From Aciduliprofundum boonei T469 (lineage in GTDB: Archaea; Thermoplasmatota; Thermoplasmata; Thermoplasmatales; Aciduliprofundaceae): a stretch of 32,000 nucleotides of DNA. Made by a program: the position numbers and the translations under genes. This document shows, one piece after another, positions 9,410 to 18,206 of the stretch. The notes under the pieces are model-generated. The model made no database searches and was not told the origin of the DNA. It was given only the letters and a program-made list of their open reading frames with translations. How positions within the stretch are numbered: position 1 is the stretch's first letter; each line of letters starts with the position of its first letter. The stretch covers positions 660,001 to 692,000 of the forward strand of contig NC_013926.1 of NCBI RefSeq assembly GCF_000025665.1. Reading direction: 5' to 3'.

Positions 9410-10829
9410 AAATTAGCCCTATTTTTAATAAGCTTTTCTCTTCCCTATTTTTCCTCACATCTATAACCTGACCTGTTATTTCTGTGGTGATAAGCAATAG
9501 CGTTGCATAGGCCACGGTTTCGGGCTTTAAGAGAGTTTCGAGCGGCTCTTTTCCGAAATTTTTGAATCTCATAGGAGTTGCAGTTCTTTCTGGGCATATA
9601 GCATTAACTTTTATACCCAATTCATAAACCTCATCAGCTAAGGCCTGCATTAAGTTTACCACCGCTGCTTTTGTGGAGGAATATATTGAATATCTCTCTC
9701 TTCCCCTAGTATAAGAGCTAGAAGTAAAAAGAACTAAATGCCCTCTTGTAGTTTGAAGATAGGGTATACTTGCCTTCGCCACATTCACTGTGCCATAATA
9801 ATTTGTATCAATTATCTGGTGTATATCTGTTAAATTCATATTCTTTAAAAAGCCCATTATAAGAATCCCTGCCGTATTTATGACAGCATCAATTTTTCCA
9901 TATTTTTCATTAACCTTTTCAAGAGCGGATACCACATTCTCAAAATTAGTTATATCAACTCCATTTTTTCTTGAAAATGAATATGGTACCCCACCATATT
10001 TCTTTACGAGGGTGTATATCTTTTTACCAATACCACTGCTCCCACCAAAGATTATAATAGTTTTCCCTTTTAATTTTTCAAGGGAATGAAGAATATAATT
10101 CTTGTCAGAAAATGATAATATCGTTCTTTTTAGCTGAAATAGCCTATCTGCCAGATATATCTCACTCTGATAAGTGATTTTTATATTGTTGATATCCCCT
10201 GCTACAGTCTTAACAGGACCTAATCTGTACTCTAGAAAGAGCGAGCAATCATCTGTAAAGTTATTTTTTCCATCTTTTTCTGCTAATTGATGGGCTTTTA
10301 ATATAGAATCTCTCCAAAATCCTTGAGGTGTTTGCCCTCTTCTAAGTTTACTTCTATCAGGTATATCCTCAATTTCATCATTTTCTCTTATTCTTACTAT
10401 AGTATCTGCTGTCGGAATTACAGTATCTACTGCAGGATATACTTTCAAAGCATCAATAATTCTTACTATTATCTCTTTGGTTACAAAAGGTCGTACAGCA
10501 TCATGGATAAGAACGTAACGGACATTTTCATCTGTAGCATATACACCTATCCTGGAACTTTCTTGTCTTGTGTTACCTCCATAAAGAACTTTTTTCACTT
10601 TTTTGTAATCATTTTTCTTAAATAACTCTAAAAAGTACTCATACCATTCAGGATTGACTACTACAAATATTTCATCCACAAATGCACAATGCTCAAATAC
10701 ATCTAGGGTATGCTCAATTATTGTTTTTCCTGCCACCTTCATAAATTGCTTTGGTTTTTCCATTCCAAACCTTATCCCAGATCCACCTGCTAGGATTATA
10801 GCAACTGTTTTTTCTAATTTCGGAGACAT
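9405..10829 (-). CDS. bifunctional IspD/TarI-like cytidylyltransferase + short-chain dehydrogenase (Bcs1-like CDP-ribitol synthase)
   Basis: The N-terminal half (AIILAGGSGIRFGMEKPKQF, IHDAVRPF, RGQTPQGF) matches the IspD/TarI family. The C-terminal half (IIIFGGSSGIGK, NTAG, YSSTKAA) is a classical SDR with a YxxxK motif. The domain order and the 474-aa length match Haemophilus Bcs1. A GGTGA Shine-Dalgarno-like site lies just upstream of the ATG. Confidence 0.8.
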   Translation of the reverse strand: MSPKLEKTVAIILAGGSGIRFGMEKPKQFMKVAGKTIIEHTLDVFEHCAFVDEIFVVVNPEWYEYFLELFKKNDYKKVKKVLYGGNTRQESSRIGVYATDENVRYVLIHDAVRPFVTKEIIVRIIDALKVYPAVDTVIPTADTIVRIRENDEIEDIPDRSKLRRGQTPQGFWRDSILKAHQLAEKDGKNNFTDDCSLFLEYRLGPVKTVAGDINNIKITYQSEIYLADRLFQLKRTILSFSDKNYILHSLEKLKGKTIIIFGGSSGIGKKIYTLVKKYGGVPYSFSRKNGVDITNFENVVSALEKVNEKYGKIDAVINTAGILIMGFLKNMNLTDIHQIIDTNYYGTVNVAKASIPYLQTTRGHLVLFTSSSYTRGRERYSIYSSTKAAVVNLMQALADEVYELGIKVNAICPERTATPMRFKNFGKEPLETLLKPETVAYATLLLITTEITGQVIDVRKNREEKSLLKIGLIS

Positions 10830-10870
10830 AAATTCTCACCTACTGATTGATAAAAATATAGGTATATTTA

Positions 10871-10966
10871 ATTTTTTAGAATGTTCTCAACAATTTCTAT
10901 AACTCTATCCGATGCCCTACCATCCGGATTACCGTGGATAAAATGCAAGCATTCTTTGTAAATGTA
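10871..10966 (-). pseudogene. orphan C-terminal gene fragment (glycan-enzyme-like tail, no start codon)
   Basis: My hand translation of the minus strand gives YIYKECLHFIHGNPDGRASDRVIEIVENILKN followed by a stop at 10868..10870. The frame has no ATG and closes at a stop at 11024..11026. The NP-DG-x-AS-x-R-[IV] tail resembles C-termini of UDP-GlcNAc 2-epimerases and TagF-family enzymes. Confidence 0.35.
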
Positions 10967-10986
10967 GTAGGAAATCCTAGTGAGTA

Positions 10987-12180
10987 TTATCCCCAGAAAT
11001 ATTTTATAATTCTCTCCCTCGCTTTATTATCTTTATAAGTAAACATTACATCTCTCAGCCAAAGTCTCTCTTTTTCCCACTTTTTAGGATCATTTATTGC
11101 GCCCTCTAAAGCATTTATGAGGGGTGGGATGTCTTTCACCTTATCTCCTGGTGTCCATAATTCAAAAGGTTCAACTACAAAGCCTCTTTTTTTCCTGTAT
11201 TCTTCTATATCAGGGATATAGTAAATGATAGGTCTGTTTAGAAGCAGATACTCTATCCAGACCGAGGAATAGTCACTAATTAAGATGTCTATGGCTTTGA
11301 AAAACTCGTTAATGGTAAAGTTATTTTTTCGAAGTACATCATTAGAGAGAATTTTTATATTCTCGATACCTCTTTTCTTAAGAAGATCTCTGAAATACAC
11401 TTCATCTTTTCTATGAGGTTTAAAAACAAAAAGAATATCATTTATTTTTAGGAATTTGATAAAATCATCATTTTTTATAATTTTCATTATTTGGTTTTTT
11501 GTATATAAATTATTAAAAGATCTAAAAGTCGGAAGATAGAATAATTTATACTCAAATGTGTCAATAGATACCTTTAATGCATCTTCAAGTAACTTGAGAG
11601 AATACTTTTCGCCTATCTCAAAAATAATATCATCTCTAGGCATACCTGTAATAATTATTTTAAATGGATTAATTTGATAAAATGATGAATGTAGGACTCT
11701 TGTAAAATGGGATGTAGTAACAGCATAATCAAAATACTTCCATGTCTCTGGCATTATTGTAGCGTCCACATAAGCTCCCATCTTCTTTTGAAGCGGAATA
11801 CCATGATCTAAAAGTATTTCTATTTGATTCTTACTTTTCCACCAAGCCCCACCAGTTACGGAGGTCACAAAATATCTTGCTTTTGTTATATATTTTAACA
11901 TATCCTTTGTGTTTTTTCGAAAAATAGCTATACCCCCATCACGCACAACACGTTCGAAGCCATCAGGGGTATCTACGATCCATACACATTGAAAATCTTC
12001 ACATATTTTAGTTTCCCGCATTTTTTGATAAAGATAATATGGGTTGTCATAATAATCATATTGTGAATAGAATAAAATAATATCTTTCTTGGGTATTATA
12101 TTATTCAAGGATTTTATTAATCTCTTGGCAATCTTTGAATCTTTCATAATGTCCCGTATTTCTCTTTTTTTATTAAACAT
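10987..12180 (-). CDS. CDP-polyol:polyol-phosphate transferase (TagF/TarL family, Glyphos_transf)
   Basis: LFYLPTFR (family motif YxPTxR), KPH, ISDYSSVWIEYLLLNRPIIYY (family motif DYSSxxFDYxxLxRPIIFF) and a C-terminal KDNKARERII are present. Confidence 0.8.
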   Translation of the reverse strand: MFNKKREIRDIMKDSKIAKRLIKSLNNIIPKKDIILFYSQYDYYDNPYYLYQKMRETKICEDFQCVWIVDTPDGFERVVRDGGIAIFRKNTKDMLKYITKARYFVTSVTGGAWWKSKNQIEILLDHGIPLQKKMGAYVDATIMPETWKYFDYAVTTSHFTRVLHSSFYQINPFKIIITGMPRDDIIFEIGEKYSLKLLEDALKVSIDTFEYKLFYLPTFRSFNNLYTKNQIMKIIKNDDFIKFLKINDILFVFKPHRKDEVYFRDLLKKRGIENIKILSNDVLRKNNFTINEFFKAIDILISDYSSVWIEYLLLNRPIIYYIPDIEEYRKKRGFVVEPFELWTPGDKVKDIPPLINALEGAINDPKKWEKERLWLRDVMFTYKDNKARERIIKYFWG

Positions 12181-12258
12181 TTCTATTGAAAACTTTGGAA
12201 GGTAACCTTTTTATAATCTATTTGTATTGAAAGCTTGATTATATATGAGGCGATAGAT
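12181..12258. promoter_or_regulatory. divergent promoter region (TagF-like gene / nucleotidyltransferase gene)
   Basis: A TATA-like ctttttataatc lies at 12207..12218. GAGG at 12247..12250 sits 8 nt before the ATG at 12259. Confidence 0.45.
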
Positions 12259-13263
12259 ATGGTAGTAGGGATAATATTGGCAGGCGGCTATGGAAAGAGA
12301 TTGAAGCCCATAACAGACTATGTACCGAAGCCCTTGGTGGAGATAAAAGAAGGTTATACAATTTTAGACAAGCAAATATTGGATTTGAAGTATGCAGGTG
12401 TAGATGAGGTATACCTGCTTGTGGGCTATTTGTGGGAGAAGATAAAGGAAAGGTATGGGGATATGTGGAATGGAGTTAAGGTAAATTATTTAGTGGAAGA
12501 TGAGCCTAGAGGGACATTGTGGGCTTTAAGAAATGCATTTTCAAAATTGGAAGAGGATGCGGTTGTCAGAAATGGAGATGTGGTGGCAGATTTCAATATA
12601 AGGGAAATGCTTGAGAGAGCAAGAAAGAATGAGAATGCCTTGCTGACCATAGCAGGTACCAGAATGCGCTCGCCCTACGGCATAATAGATTTCAAGGACG
12701 ATTTAATACTCTCCTTCAGGGAGAAACCCGTATTGGATTACTACATAAATGCAGGGATTTATTACATAAAGAAAGAGACCTATGAGTATTTCAATAGGGA
12801 GTTTACGGATAAGGCTGTGGAGCGCACGGTATTTCCACTTTTAGCAGAGATGAGGAAGGCATACATATTCCGCGAAGACAATGTATTCTGGCAGAGTGTG
12901 GACAGTTTGAAGGATTTGGAGAGGGTAAGAGAGGAGTACAAGAACAGGGAAGACAAGCCGTGGGGGTATGAGAAGATGATAATATTGACTGATAAGTACA
13001 TGGTAAAAGAGCTGTACATAAAGAAGGGATATGAGACCTCAATGCACTATCATCCAAGGAAGGATGAGACAATGCACATAATGTATGGGCAGGGATATAT
13101 AGAAGTGGAGGGCGAGAAAAATGTGGTGCGTAAAAACGATGTTTTCAGGATTCCACCGAATAAGAAGCATAGGATAGTGGCAGTGGAGAATATGCTTCTC
13201 TACGAGTATTCAACTCCTCATCCTGATGACACTGTACGGTTGAAAGATCCTTATGGTCGATAA
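12259..13263 (+). CDS. sugar-1-phosphate nucleotidyltransferase with a C-terminal cupin (ManC-like)
   Basis: MVVGIILAGGYGKRLKPITDYVPKPL is the NTP_transferase signature. The C-terminus (KPWGYE...HYHPRKDETMHIMYGQGYIEVEG...IPPNKKHRI) is a type II PMI-like cupin. I prefer the ATG at 12259, which has a GAGG site, over the tracked TTG at 12235. Confidence 0.8.
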   Translation: MVVGIILAGGYGKRLKPITDYVPKPLVEIKEGYTILDKQILDLKYAGVDEVYLLVGYLWEKIKERYGDMWNGVKVNYLVEDEPRGTLWALRNAFSKLEEDAVVRNGDVVADFNIREMLERARKNENALLTIAGTRMRSPYGIIDFKDDLILSFREKPVLDYYINAGIYYIKKETYEYFNREFTDKAVERTVFPLLAEMRKAYIFREDNVFWQSVDSLKDLERVREEYKNREDKPWGYEKMIILTDKYMVKELYIKKGYETSMHYHPRKDETMHIMYGQGYIEVEGEKNVVRKNDVFRIPPNKKHRIVAVENMLLYEYSTPHPDDTVRLKDPYGR

Positions 13264-14468
13264 TCACTTATGATTCTTTTAATGAAATTTACCATGTTTT
13301 TTGAAACGTTTTTAACACTATTCTCTCTCATTATATTAAGTGCTGTGTTTAATAGAGCGTTATATTTCGGGTAATTATTTAAAACACACATTGTACAGGA
13401 TGTAATTACACTTTGAAGACTATCTTTTGTATATCTTATCACATTTTCTCTAAAGTTGTAATGTGGGGCATAGCTCTTAGGTATTAATATAGGAACTCCA
13501 TAAGAAATCGCATCGTTTATTGCTCCTGAAATTTTATATGTGCCATACACAGCATTGGCAGAATCTGGCAAGATTACAAAGTGAGCTTTTAGAAGCCATT
13601 TTTCGAATATCTTCTCATCTACAAATTCTTTAAAGCGAATTATGATCTCACCATTTGGATCAATTTTCTCAATTCTGTGTTTAATATCATCATCCATCAT
13701 TCTACCCAAAAGAATTAATTTGGCTTTTGTGCGTAAACTTGGATTTTTATCTATAGCATTATGAAATGAATCGATGATATGTAAGTAATCTTTACCATAT
13801 TTTTGTATCACTTTTCCAGGTACTACAAAATAGACAGATTTTTTAGATTTAACTGGTTTTATATCTCTTCCAATTCTTGAAGGTATTACAATATGTGGCT
13901 TATTTTTGAGAGATGGAGGTATTTTAACATATTCTCCAAGGGTGATAAAACCGGATATTCTCTTGGAGACATATAAGTTATATAGTAAATCCAGAAATTT
14001 CCTTTCTTTTATATTTCTTAGGTTAAGACTATGAATAAACCATAGTAGATTCCAGAAATGTGCATTATGAATTATGATAACAAACTTTTTGTTACTCCTC
14101 CATCCCCACTCAAGGAGAGGATGAAAAAAAGGAGGCTCTGTGAGGGTATTTATTATAATTACATCAGGATTTAATTTTTTCACTTCATACTGTAAGTTTT
14201 CTCCCTCTTCTTGTAGCTTTAAAAAAAGTTTAGGATAGTGTAATAGCTTTCTCTTCTCTTTTGACCAAGTATATCTATAAGAATTTTTAATTATTATTAG
14301 GTTCAGTTTATCACTGTATGCAAATTTACTTTTTTCTATAACTCCACGAGATGCTATAACAGTTATGTCATATATATCAGAAAGTGACTCCCCTATTTCA
14401 TACATAGTATTAAGAACATCATGATGCCAAAAAGCTTCTATAATGGCAATCTTTGGTTTTTCACTCAT
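13251..14468 (-). CDS. putative GT-B fold glycosyltransferase (divergent)
   Basis: Two Rossmann-like halves are visible (KIAIIEAF..., NPDVIIINT, IIIHN; then VYFVVPGKV...KAKLILLGR...AHFVILPD...ISGAINDAISYGVPILIP). No canonical EX7E motif is present. An AGGAGG site precedes the ATG. It overlaps the convergent cupin gene by 13 nt. Confidence 0.45.
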   Translation of the reverse strand: MSEKPKIAIIEAFWHHDVLNTMYEIGESLSDIYDITVIASRGVIEKSKFAYSDKLNLIIIKNSYRYTWSKEKRKLLHYPKLFLKLQEEGENLQYEVKKLNPDVIIINTLTEPPFFHPLLEWGWRSNKKFVIIIHNAHFWNLLWFIHSLNLRNIKERKFLDLLYNLYVSKRISGFITLGEYVKIPPSLKNKPHIVIPSRIGRDIKPVKSKKSVYFVVPGKVIQKYGKDYLHIIDSFHNAIDKNPSLRTKAKLILLGRMMDDDIKHRIEKIDPNGEIIIRFKEFVDEKIFEKWLLKAHFVILPDSANAVYGTYKISGAINDAISYGVPILIPKSYAPHYNFRENVIRYTKDSLQSVITSCTMCVLNNYPKYNALLNTALNIMRENSVKNVSKNMVNFIKRIISDYRP

Positions 14469-14485
14469 AAATTTCCTCCTAAAAA

Positions 14486-15289
14486 TTAAGAGAAAATCTC
14501 TCTATATCCAGCCTTCTCCGCATCTTCGCTGAATCTCTTTATTCCCTCCTCAGTCTTAGGGTGGAGTAACATAGATTCTAGAACCTTGAAAGGAATAGTC
14601 GCTATATGCACACCGATCATCGCCACTTCACGCACCTGCCTAGCATTGCGAATGCTGGAAGCTATAACCTCTGTATCATAATCATAATTCTCTAAAATCA
14701 TAACAGTTTTCTCCACTAAATCAGAGCCGCTTCTTATACCATTATCATCCACACCCTTGCCATCCCATGGATAGTAATCTCCCTTTTGAAAATCCACTCC
14801 TGCCTTTAAACCCAGTTTTACTGTACGAAGATAATCGTCTATACGCCCTGCAAATGGGCTTACATATCTAGCACCCGCTTTAGCAGCTAACAAAGCCTGC
14901 TCGGGGGTCATTATCAGCGTGCAATTCACGGGTATACCCTCCTCGCTCAATGCTTTTATCGTCTTAAGTCCTTCATAGTAACCCACATACGTGTTTATAG
15001 GAATCTTTATAACCACATTATTGGCAATCCCATTGAACTTATCATAGAGGATTTCAGCTTCCCTTATCATATCCTCAGCCTTAACACTCATCACCTCTAA
15101 GCTAACAGGCTTATCGGGACCTGCAACTTTCAGAATTTCAGAAATATAATCCTCCAGTTGCATATCCCTTGCCTCGCTCTCAACAGCCTTTCGAATTAAG
15201 GATGGATTTGTAGTTACCCCATCCACAATACCCCAAGAGATTGCTTCCTTTATCTCGCTAATCTTAGCCGTGTCTATGAATATTTTCAT
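14486..15289 (-). CDS. tal: transaldolase / fructose-6-phosphate aldolase family (short type) with an internal insertion
   Basis: MKIFIDTAKISEIKEA..IVDGVTTNPSL, the VVIKIP Schiff-base lysine block and YVSPFAGRIDD are present. At 267 aa it is longer than the usual 215-225 aa. Confidence 0.88.
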   Translation of the reverse strand: MKIFIDTAKISEIKEAISWGIVDGVTTNPSLIRKAVESEARDMQLEDYISEILKVAGPDKPVSLEVMSVKAEDMIREAEILYDKFNGIANNVVIKIPINTYVGYYEGLKTIKALSEEGIPVNCTLIMTPEQALLAAKAGARYVSPFAGRIDDYLRTVKLGLKAGVDFQKGDYYPWDGKGVDDNGIRSGSDLVEKTVMILENYDYDTEVIASSIRNARQVREVAMIGVHIATIPFKVLESMLLHPKTEEGIKRFSEDAEKAGYREIFS

Positions 15290-16233
15290 TTTTTCACCTC
15301 CTTCAGAAAAGAGAGCATATGTTTAGATATACCCTCCTCATCCATATCATAATACTTCAGCAATGCATCCCATTTTCCACTTCTTCCAAAAATATCCTTC
15401 ATACCATGCCTCTTCATAGGCACTGGATAATTTTCTACAAGCACTTCAGCAACTCTGGAGCCTAGACCGTTGTAAATGTTATGATCCTCTACAGTCATTA
15501 TTGCACCTGTATCTCTAGCAGCCTTAACAATTATATCCTTATCAATTGGCTTTATGGTGCTCATATTGATCACGCGAATATCATAACCCTCTTTTTCCAA
15601 TATTTCTGCTGCAAGAAGAGAGTAAGATATCTCAATTCCCGTGGCAATTATAGTCGCATCGGCGCCCTCTCGCATAACAATTCCCTTGCCAAATACAAAC
15701 TCATCATTCTCGCCAGTTAAATTCGGCAAAGCAGTTCTCGTCAATCTAACATAAAAGGGTCCTTTTTCCGAGGCAACATATCTTATTACCCGACGAACTT
15801 CATTCGAATCAACCGGCACTATCACCCGCATGTTTGGCAGTCCACACATAAGTCCAATATCTTCCATCATCTGATGACTTGCTCCATCTTCGCCCACAGT
15901 CACGCCACCATGCGTTGCAACAATTTTCACATTCAATTTGGGATATGCTATGCTCTGCCTAACCTGATCATAGGCACGACCTGTGGCAAATACAGCGAAG
16001 GATGATGCAAACACGGTTTTTCCACTTCTAGCAAGGCCAGCAGCAATGCCCATCATATTCTGCTCTTGCAACCCCACATTGAAAAACCTCTCTGGATATT
16101 CCTTGCCAAACATTGCTGTCTTGGTAGAGGTGCTCAGATCGGCATCTAGAACAACGATGTCCTCTCTCTCCCTTCCGAGTTCAACAAGAGTTTTTCCATA
16201 TGCCTTTCTTGGAGATTCATATTCCCATTTCAT
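15286..16233 (-). CDS. transketolase, C-terminal subunit (pyrimidine-binding + C-terminal domains)
   Basis: FNVGLQEQNMMGIAAGLA, THGGVTVGEDGASHQ and PNMRVIVP blocks are present. ATGA overlaps occur on both sides. Confidence 0.92.
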   Translation of the reverse strand: MKWEYESPRKAYGKTLVELGREREDIVVLDADLSTSTKTAMFGKEYPERFFNVGLQEQNMMGIAAGLARSGKTVFASSFAVFATGRAYDQVRQSIAYPKLNVKIVATHGGVTVGEDGASHQMMEDIGLMCGLPNMRVIVPVDSNEVRRVIRYVASEKGPFYVRLTRTALPNLTGENDEFVFGKGIVMREGADATIIATGIEISYSLLAAEILEKEGYDIRVINMSTIKPIDKDIIVKAARDTGAIMTVEDHNIYNGLGSRVAEVLVENYPVPMKRHGMKDIFGRSGKWDALLKYYDMDEEGISKHMLSFLKEVKK

Positions 16234-17093
16234 ATTCTTCGCCTCTCTTCCTCAAGTTCTTTTAGGGCCTGCACATATTCTTCTTCACTCTGGGGAGGTT
16301 TGCCATGATACTTTGCTGTGTTCTCCATATAACTCACACCCTTGCCCTTTACAGTATGGGCAATTATAACTGTGGGTTTTCCCTGTGTTTTCTTCGCTTC
16401 TTCTAGAGCACGGATAAGTTGAACAACATCATGACCATTAATACTCAGCACCCTCCATCCAAATGCATTCCACTTCTCTTCCAGTGGATCTAGCACGACC
16501 ATTGTGTCTGTGAAATCATCCAACTGAATTTTATTCCTATCCACTATTGCTATTAAATTGTCCAATTTTCTTGTGGCTGCAGTCATGGCTGCCTCCCATA
16601 TGTTTCCCTCTTCAATCTCCCCATCTCCAAGGAGGGCATAAACCCGATAATCCTTATTATCCAGTTTGGCAGCCAAGGCCATTCCTATGGCAGCACTTAA
16701 TCCTTGACCTAACGAGCCTGTGCACATATCTACTCCTGGAACCATTAAGGATGGATGACCCTGCAAGAATGATTCCACCTTACGAAATTTCATAAGTTCT
16801 TTCTCTGAAAAAAATCCGCGCATTGCAAGGGCAGCGTAATAGGCTGGGGAGGCATGTCCCTTGCTTAGAACGAATCTATCTCTGTCCTCCCATTCTGGGT
16901 TCTTAGGATCTATCTGCAATTCATGAAAATACAGAACAGCCAAAATGTCCGCGGCGCTAAGCGCACCACCAGGATGCCCGGATTGAGCAGCATATACCAT
17001 CTTTATAACCCAAGTGCGGATTTCATTGGCTTTAAGTTTTAATTCTCGAATTGTGTTTTCGGATATTTCTATCATATGGGAAGGGTATTTCAC
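16230..17093 (-). CDS. transketolase, N-terminal subunit (TPP-binding)
   Basis: SGHPGGALS, SKGHASPAYYA and LGDGEIEEGNIWEA (the GDG-x-E-G TPP motif) are present. Position 17093 is a GTG embedded in a GGAGGTG tract. The ATG at 17075 (MIEISENT...) is an alternative start. Confidence 0.92.
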   Translation of the reverse strand: MKYPSHMIEISENTIRELKLKANEIRTWVIKMVYAAQSGHPGGALSAADILAVLYFHELQIDPKNPEWEDRDRFVLSKGHASPAYYAALAMRGFFSEKELMKFRKVESFLQGHPSLMVPGVDMCTGSLGQGLSAAIGMALAAKLDNKDYRVYALLGDGEIEEGNIWEAAMTAATRKLDNLIAIVDRNKIQLDDFTDTMVVLDPLEEKWNAFGWRVLSINGHDVVQLIRALEEAKKTQGKPTVIIAHTVKGKGVSYMENTAKYHGKPPQSEEEYVQALKELEEERRRI

Positions 17094-17114
17094 CTCCTTT
17101 AATTATAATTTTCG

Positions 17115-18200
17115 CTATGGTGGCACGAATCTCCTCAATCTCTTTAGCATCTCTAATTTCTCCTTTCCCCCTATGTTTGCCTCTTCAATGCTGAGCTGCA
17201 AGATCTCTATGCTTTTATCATAAGCTCTGCGGTCAACGGGTTTTGGAACGCCATCCTTGCCACCGAGAGCGAAGGAATATTTAACAGGATCCTTCCAGGA
17301 GATTTCAGTGCCGTATATTACCTCTGCTATGTATGCAAGGGCACGAACTGTGGATGGGCCTATACCCTTTATGCCTATCAACTCCTCATAATTTCTTGGC
17401 TGAATCTCATAGGCTTTGAACAATGCACTCCAATTTATTGTCCAGGGCATTGTCAAAGTTTTTGTGCCTGTAAAATCGTCCAGCGTTTTCTGCTTTCTGT
17501 CTTTTACCTCGGCTATCATATTTTTGAGCTTTTGGGGATTATCATTCACGATGTCTACAGATACTTTTCGTGCATCTTCACTCTTTCTTGCACTCATATC
17601 AAGCACTTTTTTCTCCAAAGTATCTGATATTATGCCGCTTCGTGGATCATTTACAAAGTTCTTTATCCCGTAGAGCCAGTGGTATCTTCTTGCATACCTG
17701 CTCTTCTCATTCATCCCCTGCTGGATAACAACCCACCTGCCATGCTCGTCTATCACCATTGCGTGGTGATAAAGCTGGTATCCATCTTGGAGCACCGTAT
17801 TGTCAACCTTCGCAACCATTTTGCTCGCATACTTCAATTTTTCAATCTTTTGAGAGGATATGCTGAATTCTTCTCCAATATTCTCAATCTCTTTTGGAGT
17901 TCTTCTGGATACAGCTCCCTTGCCGCCTACAACAATGAGTCCATCCTCCGGCTTAAGAGCTTGCTTTAATGCGCCCATGGTCACAGTGGTAGTGCCTGAA
18001 GAGTGCCAGTCAAAACCTATGACGCAGGAAAACGCCTGAAACCAATAAGGGTCAGATAACCTCCTCAATACCTCATCTGTTCCATACTCCATTTCTATGA
18101 TTTTTATTATCTCCCTTGAAAGGGGAACCATTCTCTTAAATAGCCATCTTGGTGCATGCCCGGGATGCAATGGTAAATTTGCTATGCCGCTTCTCTCCAT
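17115..18200 (-). CDS. DUF763-family protein containing a helix-hairpin-helix motif
   Basis: The N-terminus (GIANLPLHPGHAPRWLFKRM...LSDPYWFQAFSCVIGFDWHSSGTTT) matches my recollection of DUF763 (PF05559). LIGIKGIGPSTVRALAYIAE at aa 273-293 (17322..17384) is a textbook HhH motif. Confidence 0.7.
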   Translation of the reverse strand: MERSGIANLPLHPGHAPRWLFKRMVPLSREIIKIIEMEYGTDEVLRRLSDPYWFQAFSCVIGFDWHSSGTTTVTMGALKQALKPEDGLIVVGGKGAVSRRTPKEIENIGEEFSISSQKIEKLKYASKMVAKVDNTVLQDGYQLYHHAMVIDEHGRWVVIQQGMNEKSRYARRYHWLYGIKNFVNDPRSGIISDTLEKKVLDMSARKSEDARKVSVDIVNDNPQKLKNMIAEVKDRKQKTLDDFTGTKTLTMPWTINWSALFKAYEIQPRNYEELIGIKGIGPSTVRALAYIAEVIYGTEISWKDPVKYSFALGGKDGVPKPVDRRAYDKSIEILQLSIEEANIGGKEKLEMLKRLRRFVPP

Positions 18201-18206
18201 TTTCCC

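Noticed and set aside
10654-10902. 82-aa plus-strand ORF spanning the Bcs1-like gene start and its upstream spacer
   Set aside because: It overlaps the supported minus-strand CDS and its Shine-Dalgarno/TATA region and has no recognisable motifs.
7877-14468. Calling the glycan cluster a bona fide wall teichoic acid pathway
   Set aside because: No TagO/TagA/TagB-type primer enzymes, TagGH ABC exporter or LCP ligase are present, and there is only one TagF-like transferase. A polyol-phosphate decoration of a capsule, S-layer or N-glycan is as likely as a polymer.
15983-16369. 128-aa plus-strand ORF across the transketolase subunit junction
   Set aside because: It is antisense to two strongly supported transketolase subunits and is a shadow ORF.
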